DNA from: an uncultured Gammaproteobacteria bacterium
Lineage (GTDB): Bacteria > Pseudomonadota > Gammaproteobacteria > SZUA-229
Reading direction: 5' to 3'
DNA length: 64,000 bases
Assembly: GCA_913065105.1 (NCBI GenBank)
Contig: CAJXZZ010000001.1
Location: 15,117-79,116, forward strand
The position numbers were made by a program, and so were the translations under genes. Below are positions 58,745 through 64,000 of the stretch, in pieces (within the stretch, counting starts at the first letter, position 1; each line of letters opens with the position of its first letter). The notes below the pieces were generated by a model. It saw nothing but the letters and a program-made list of their open reading frames with translations, searched no databases and was not told the DNA's origin.

Positions 58745-58822
58745 CATATCGTACATCCAAGCTATATACGCCGCACCGCCATCCCTGGCTCCTTGCGGCA
58801 TACCGTACATCCTGTACATAAA
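58745..58822 (-). repeat. Further copy of the CA(N)GGANG-hairpin repeat family
   Basis: Minus strand TATGTACAGGATGTACGGTAT matches 56628-56648 at 20/21 nt; followed by a GCCAGGGATGGC hairpin and a degenerate GGATGTACGATATG repeat. Confidence 0.75.
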
Positions 58823-58982
58823 AAGTACCGAGTCACCATGTGAGATTTAATCGTCTCAAGGGATATAATGGCCTCGGCTGCGGGTGTTATCCTTTTACTG
58901 ACACACCGCCCGCTGGTGTCATCTACCTTTCTTCCTGAGAAAGACAAGCAGTCAAAGATTCGAATAAAACGCCAGATATACT

Positions 58983-59261
58983 CTAGTCAAGCATGCCTAG
59001 TAACATTAAAACCCCATGCACAAACCCAACAGGAACTAATAACACATCAATAATTACCATTACCCAGTTCTGATTAATCGCACTATTTACAATGGCAAAA
59101 ACGGGAATAATTAATAAAACACTAAAGAAAACAAACTTAAAATAATTAACAACAGAAAATAATTCAGAATCAGGACTTGCTCCGTTCCTGAGTAAATCAT
59201 ATGAATTTTTGCCTGTCACACCTGATTTATTCTCATTTTTTTTAAACCTTAATAACATCAC
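58983..59261 (-). CDS. Small hypothetical membrane protein
   Basis: Two hydrophobic segments, C-terminal PVGFVHG; start uncertain. Confidence 0.45.
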   Translation of the reverse strand: MMLLRFKKNENKSGVTGKNSYDLLRNGASPDSELFSVVNYFKFVFFSVLLIIPVFAIVNSAINQNWVMVIIDVLLVPVGFVHGVLMLLGMLD

Positions 59262-59356
59262 AAAATTCTACTAAATAAATTATCTAATATTTGACTATAG
59301 ACGCCTATCTCTTGACGAATACTGACAAAATAACAATTTTTTGACTTATCCAAACA

Positions 59357-59557
59357 TCACTCATAATTCATGTTAACGGGTTTACCCGTATAACGTTCTA
59401 CAACTTCCCTGAGATTTTTTAAACTGCCTACATGGCCAACTATTGCACTGTAAATTCTGGCATCGTGTCCAGGCATAAAGTCAGCACCACGTGGGTAACC
59501 GCCACAACCACAGTCGCATAATTTTAATTTGAGTTTAGATTTAATTAATCTAGCCAT
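59357..59557 (-). CDS. 66-aa hypothetical protein with CxCGCG...FxPGHD putative Zn-binding motif
   Basis: Good Shine-Dalgarno (AGGAG) before the ATG; LCDCGCGG...FMPGHDAR. Confidence 0.65.
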   Translation of the reverse strand: MARLIKSKLKLKLCDCGCGGYPRGADFMPGHDARIYSAIVGHVGSLKNLREVVERYTGKPVNMNYE

Positions 59558-59687
59558 AAAACCGCTCCTAACCTTTCTAATAGGTGAATATTAGTGGTCA
59601 TAGATGTGACATGATTGACATGTCACGCCATTCGTTTAACAAACAATGTGAATATGTTTGTAGTGAATGATGTGAGGGGGTATAGAT

Positions 59688-60284
59688 TTATTTGGTTTTT
59701 AAAAAATGCAGGATCCGATTATTTGCCGGCATTGCATAATCCGTAATCAACTGCATGCCATTGATGTTAGCCAGTGACTCTATCTCTTCGAAGTCTTTAA
59801 TACCACTCAAAGGGTCTCTATTTTTTAACCATTGATCAAAACGTTCATTACTAGAACTGGTATATAAGCCATTGTAGTTAAATGGACCATAGATAACTAA
59901 ACTTCCTTTTTCTTGCAATAACTCACCAGCAGCAGTCATAAGATTAGCCACATCTTGCTGGTGCATAATATGTATAGAGTTAGCTGTGAAAATTGCATCG
60001 GTATCTAACGTAGGCCATTTAGACGTAGTCACGTTTAGTTCGAATGGCTGCATAGCATTTGGCAAACCTGCATCGTCTAACCACATATTTATACCATCAA
60101 GATAAGGATTACAGTCACTTGTATACCATATCAGGTGCGGCAATTTTCCAGCAAAATAAACAGCATGCTGTCCTGTGCCACTGCCAATTTCAAGCACTCT
60201 TGAATAGTTTATAAAAATGGGCGATAGAATCGACAGGATCGGATCTTTATTTTGATCACATGACTCTGAATATGGCTTAGACAT
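59688..60284 (-). CDS. DUF938-family SAM-dependent methyltransferase
   Basis: KPYS..C..NK.PIL, VLEIGSGTGQH, YGPF, SN..FD.WL, G.KD.E, MPANN. Confidence 0.9.
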   Translation of the reverse strand: MSKPYSESCDQNKDPILSILSPIFINYSRVLEIGSGTGQHAVYFAGKLPHLIWYTSDCNPYLDGINMWLDDAGLPNAMQPFELNVTTSKWPTLDTDAIFTANSIHIMHQQDVANLMTAAGELLQEKGSLVIYGPFNYNGLYTSSSNERFDQWLKNRDPLSGIKDFEEIESLANINGMQLITDYAMPANNRILHFLKTK

Positions 60285-60366
60285 GATAATTTACATTCCC
60301 ATTACTGAATTAACGCTATGTTAAACTATATCGATACTAATTCACTATTAAGTAAAGTTAATTGAA

Positions 60367-61215
60367 GTGTTTCAAAAAAATATAAAAGCGCTCCCCTACA
60401 CTATAATCGTTATCGCATTACTCTATTTGAGCACTAACACTGCTTCCGCTGCTGAAGATGATGGCGTCTATGGCGTCACTAATTTTGCATTTTCCAGTTA
60501 CCTGGGCACAGGATTTTATACCACCTCAGGACAAAACGTTTTTGTCCTGCATTTACCTTTTGACCACACTATAAAAGAAAAATCTGACACTGAGGCGGGC
60601 TGGACGCTTACCCTGCCTGTAACCCTGGGATTTATAAATTTCGATACAATTGATCCCTCTGAATTACCCAATCTAAAGAATGACGTTAAAACTATTACTT
60701 TTTTACCTGGTATTGAGTATCGCTATCCAGTCACCCCAGGCTGGACAGTTATTCCATTTGCTGACTATGGCTTTGCACGTGATCTCGACCATGCGAATAA
60801 TGTACTAATAACTGGTATCGGCGCAAAAAGTTATGCTAACTTTCGCCATAATAAAAACCTGTTTACGCTAGGCAACCGATTATTGTATGCTCGTGAAAGG
60901 AGTGGCGACACCAGTAATGATTCCAGTTACTCTTTATTCGAAACTGGTTTAAATTATCGCATGACCAGTGACCAGTATTTTGATAATGGCGCACTATACG
61001 TCAACTTCTATTTCATCAATTTCTATTATCCGAATGATCTGGTTTTTTTTGAACGCACAGCCAACCCTATACGTGTCGGCATGGAAAATGAACTGGGTAT
61101 TACCATCAGTAATATCCCCAATTTTTTGTTTTTTAAAAAACCACAGTTAGGTCTTGGCGTGCGTTTTGGTGATAACGTCGATGTCTACCGTATCGTTTTT
61201 GGAATGCCATTTTAA
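60367..61215 (+). CDS. Hypothetical exported / outer-membrane beta-barrel-like protein
   Basis: Signal peptide ending ASA, amphipathic beta-strand pattern, C-terminal Phe. Confidence 0.55.
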   Translation: MFQKNIKALPYTIIVIALLYLSTNTASAAEDDGVYGVTNFAFSSYLGTGFYTTSGQNVFVLHLPFDHTIKEKSDTEAGWTLTLPVTLGFINFDTIDPSELPNLKNDVKTITFLPGIEYRYPVTPGWTVIPFADYGFARDLDHANNVLITGIGAKSYANFRHNKNLFTLGNRLLYARERSGDTSNDSSYSLFETGLNYRMTSDQYFDNGALYVNFYFINFYYPNDLVFFERTANPIRVGMENELGITISNIPNFLFFKKPQLGLGVRFGDNVDVYRIVFGMPF

Positions 61216-61374
61216 ATTTCATCAAATACTGATCAACATCGCCTAATCAATTCAAATACTTAGCGTGACAAATCCTTCAGCTACTGTATTATTTGCGACT
61301 CGTTTTTTGTTTTAGTACAATATCAGAAAATAATAATAAAACAGGTTGTCTCAATCAACTTTAAGGGGAACAAA

Positions 61375-61863
61375 ATGTCTTCACAAGCACCCAATGAACG
61401 TCGTTCACGTACACGTAAAGAAATAAAGCAGCTTATTGAAGAACGGAATTCTGTACTTTCGCAATTCTATAATCTTGCCAGACTTACTGACGACCCTGGA
61501 AACAATTTAAATGACACCCGTGAGCTACTTGAGGATTTTTGCCAGGAACTTGTCGACTACATGGCAACTGGCCATTTTGAAATCTATCGACGTATTGAAG
61601 ATGGCAGTGAACGTCGTGATGAGATAACAACGCTTGCCAATAAAATAATGCCACGGATAAATGACACAACTCAGGTTGCTGTAGCATTTAATGACTTATT
61701 TGATAACACATCAAAGGTCAAAGACGACGCTTACGACCAACTGCCTACATACCTGACAAAACTTGGTGAGGAACTGGCCACTCGCATTGACCTGGAAGAT
61801 CAATTTATCAATACACTGCTAGCTACAGGCAATAAACCAAAATTAACCGCAGTTAGTGTGTAG
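61375..61863 (+). CDS. rsd: Rsd/AlgQ-family anti-sigma70 factor
   Basis: FCQ.LVDY...GHFEIY, FND..D, L..LGE.L..R..LED..I. Confidence 0.88.
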   Translation: MSSQAPNERRSRTRKEIKQLIEERNSVLSQFYNLARLTDDPGNNLNDTRELLEDFCQELVDYMATGHFEIYRRIEDGSERRDEITTLANKIMPRINDTTQVAVAFNDLFDNTSKVKDDAYDQLPTYLTKLGEELATRIDLEDQFINTLLATGNKPKLTAVSV

Positions 61864-61864
61864 A

Positions 61865-64000
61865 TTACATAGAGCAATCAAGGGCTGATTCCTGTTTGGC
61901 CAGACACCAGCAGCGGTGTGCTGGTTTACGCTTGAAGTCTTCTGTCGTTGTTATAGCCGTTATTTCTTTTACGAAGCAGAGTTCGCTTAGACTACTATCA
62001 AGCTTGAACCCCTTGGCGTTTGTAGAAAAAATAATTTTCCCGTCATCATCAAGCAAAGCAAGACAACCACTTAAAAGCGCAACATGATCACGGTTAATAT
62101 CTAACGATGTTGTCATTTTCTTTGAATTAGAAAACGTTGGTGGATCAATAAAGATTAACTGATATTTTTTCTTTTCATCTATTGCCTGCTGCAGCCAATG
62201 CAAACAATCATCTCGAATAAATTGATGCCTGTCCCCAGAGTACCCATTGATCGATAAATTTTCCTGTGCCCAATTTAGATAGGTATTAGACATATCCACT
62301 GTCGTGGTTGAGCTAGCACCACCAGCTGCAGCGTAAACAGATACGCTCCCTGTGTATGCAAACAAATTGAGAAAACTGCGTTTATTCGCCAGTTTTTTAA
62401 TTAATTGCCGTGTGTTTCGATGATCGAGAAATAAACCTGTATCGATATAATCATAGACATTGATTATAAATTTAAGGCCATTTTCTTTTATAGTAATCTT
62501 ACGATCTTTTCTGTCCTGCTTTTGATATTGTGAAGAACCTTCCTGTTTTTTTCGTACTTTTAAAACAACGTATTCCTGTTTAGTCTCAAGAATGTCGGCC
62601 ACCACGTCTATTACATCATTAATACGTTGGAATGCTCTGGTTTTATTGACCGTTTTAGGCGCCTGGTATTCTTGGACGTGTATCCAGTCATCATATTTAT
62701 CAATGGCTACCGCATATTGCGGGATATCTGCATCGTAAACCCGGTAACAGCTGACATCATTTTTTCTTGCCCATTTTTTTAAATGTTTATAGTTCTTTTT
62801 AAGTCGATTGACGAACATTAATGCGTGTTCAGACGTTTTGTTATCAACACCTGTTACAGTATCAAGCGCTTTATTGTTGTCTTTATCTGATCCTACTGTT
62901 TCTTCTGGGGCAGGATCTTTTGCTGTCTTATTTAGATTTGGGTTGACTCTATATTGATACAACGTCGCTTTTAAAGCACCGTTGAACAGCGTGTTTTTAC
63001 GAAAAGCACGTAACCCCAAACTTTGCGCTAATTCTGCCTCAGAGGTAATGATTACTGCCGTCCAGCCATCAAAGTTAGCTTTCAATTGCACGCCAAAACG
63101 ATGATACAGCGTACGTAATAACTGGACTTGCCCGATTCGTTTACCATACGGCGGATTAGTCACGATCAAACCTTGTTTGTCTGTGCCTTTACATGGTACT
63201 AAGTTCGTCGTCGCATCCTGCAAAGTAACTTTTATTGCTGACGATAACCCCGCCGATTCAATATTGCTCCTGGCAATACCTACCAGCTGTTCACTATTAT
63301 CACTGCCACAAATGACCGGCAAAGAGTGCATAGCCTGCTGTTTTTTCTCTTCGGCATCACTTTGAATTTTTTGCCATTGGCTCTGATCAAACTGTTTCCA
63401 GCAATCAAATCCAAATCGGTCACGTAATAATCCAGGTGCTATATTAGCCGCCATCATTGCCGCTTCGATAAGTAAAGTACCGCTGCCACACATCGGATCG
63501 AAAAATGGTAAGCCTTGTTCATAAAAACTACTCCATTTGGCACGATATAGCATGCTTGCAGCCAATGTTTCACGTAGTGGCGCACTGCCTGCTTGCTGGC
63601 GATAACCGCGTTTATGTAATGCTTCCCCGGATAGATCGAGATAGATCAGACATTGTTTATCGCTAAGATAAAGATTGAGTCTTATATCAGGATTATCTTT
63701 GTCTATTGAGGGACGATACGTGGTGTTCTGCGTAAACTGGTCAACGATCGCATCTTTGACACGCAGTGCGGCGTAGTGACTATGTGTAACGATTGAATGT
63801 GAGCTAAAACAGTCGATTGCCAGCGTCTCATCTTCCGAAAAGTGTTCTGACCAATCGATACTTATTATTTCGCTGTACAGGTCATCATCTGAAGATATTG
63901 TGAACTCTTTTAATTGCAGCAAGATACGGCTGGCTACACGCGACCATAGACAAGCTTTGTAGGCATTTTCAATATCGCCTTCAAATGCAACACCGCCAGT
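61865..64000 (-). CDS. rlmL: Bifunctional 23S rRNA methyltransferase RlmKL (5' end outside the window)
   Basis: Frame stays open beyond 63922 (WSRVASRILL); LSG..LHKRGYR, APLRETLAA, DPMCGSGT, NPPYG, YRVYDAD, DTGLFLDHR, FLNLFAYTG, DPPTFSNSK. Confidence 0.95.
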   Translation of the reverse strand, partial: TGGVAFEGDIENAYKACLWSRVASRILLQLKEFTISSDDDLYSEIISIDWSEHFSEDETLAIDCFSSHSIVTHSHYAALRVKDAIVDQFTQNTTYRPSIDKDNPDIRLNLYLSDKQCLIYLDLSGEALHKRGYRQQAGSAPLRETLAASMLYRAKWSSFYEQGLPFFDPMCGSGTLLIEAAMMAANIAPGLLRDRFGFDCWKQFDQSQWQKIQSDAEEKKQQAMHSLPVICGSDNSEQLVGIARSNIESAGLSSAIKVTLQDATTNLVPCKGTDKQGLIVTNPPYGKRIGQVQLLRTLYHRFGVQLKANFDGWTAVIITSEAELAQSLGLRAFRKNTLFNGALKATLYQYRVNPNLNKTAKDPAPEETVGSDKDNNKALDTVTGVDNKTSEHALMFVNRLKKNYKHLKKWARKNDVSCYRVYDADIPQYAVAIDKYDDWIHVQEYQAPKTVNKTRAFQRINDVIDVVADILETKQEYVVLKVRKKQEGSSQYQKQDRKDRKITIKENGLKFIINVYDYIDTGLFLDHRNTRQLIKKLANKRSFLNLFAYTGSVSVYAAAGGASSTTTVDMSNTYLNWAQENLSINGYSGDRHQFIRDDCLHWLQQAIDEKKKYQLIFIDPPTFSNSKKMTTSLDINRDHVALLSGCLALLDDDGKIIFSTNAKGFKLDSSLSELCFVKEITAITTTEDFKRKPAHRCWCLAKQESALDCSM

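Noticed and set aside
58762-59053. Two 61-aa ORFs (58762-58947 minus, 58868-59053 plus)
   Set aside because: They overlap each other, the repeat or a neighbouring gene, and show no motifs or clear RBS.
62850-62950. Low-complexity segment in RlmKL as a possible intein or insertion
   Set aside because: It lies at the RlmL/RlmK domain boundary, a variable linker, is short and lacks intein terminal motifs.

Overview
64 kb of a low-to-moderate GC gammaproteobacterial chromosome. A SoxB with the expected active-site motifs suggests a sulfur oxidiser (inference). Most of it is housekeeping: uvrY/gacA-udgB-uvrC-pgsA-tRNA Gly/Cys/Leu, fadE-fadI-fadJ-like beta-oxidation genes, hrcA-grpE-dnaK-dnaJ-dapB-fabD-fabG-acpP-fabF-pabB-pabC-mltG-tmk-holB-pilZ-tatD, lolE/C-lolD, soxB, msrPQ, purL, tmRNA, mltF, rsd and a partial rlmKL. 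The first 8.4 kb looks more accessory: a truncated archease, two c-di-GMP enzymes, and a DUF1451-class I aldolase-mutarotase unit preceded by an FNR box. I saw no integrase, transposase, CRISPR array or prophage gene. The most unusual signal is non-coding: a family of short modules built on CA(N)GGANG hairpins, found at four loci. They sit in the T-loop of duplicated tRNA-Leu and tmRNA 3' ends, nest inside one another with a recurring ...CCGA|GG right junction, and resemble the CsrA/RsmA binding consensus. Also noted: a second REP-like palindrome family around the heat-shock operon, a perfect CIRCE plus two sigma32-type promoters, two perfect FNR boxes, and an unannotated 27-aa membrane peptide. 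All calls come from reading the sequence and recognising motifs; no searches were run.
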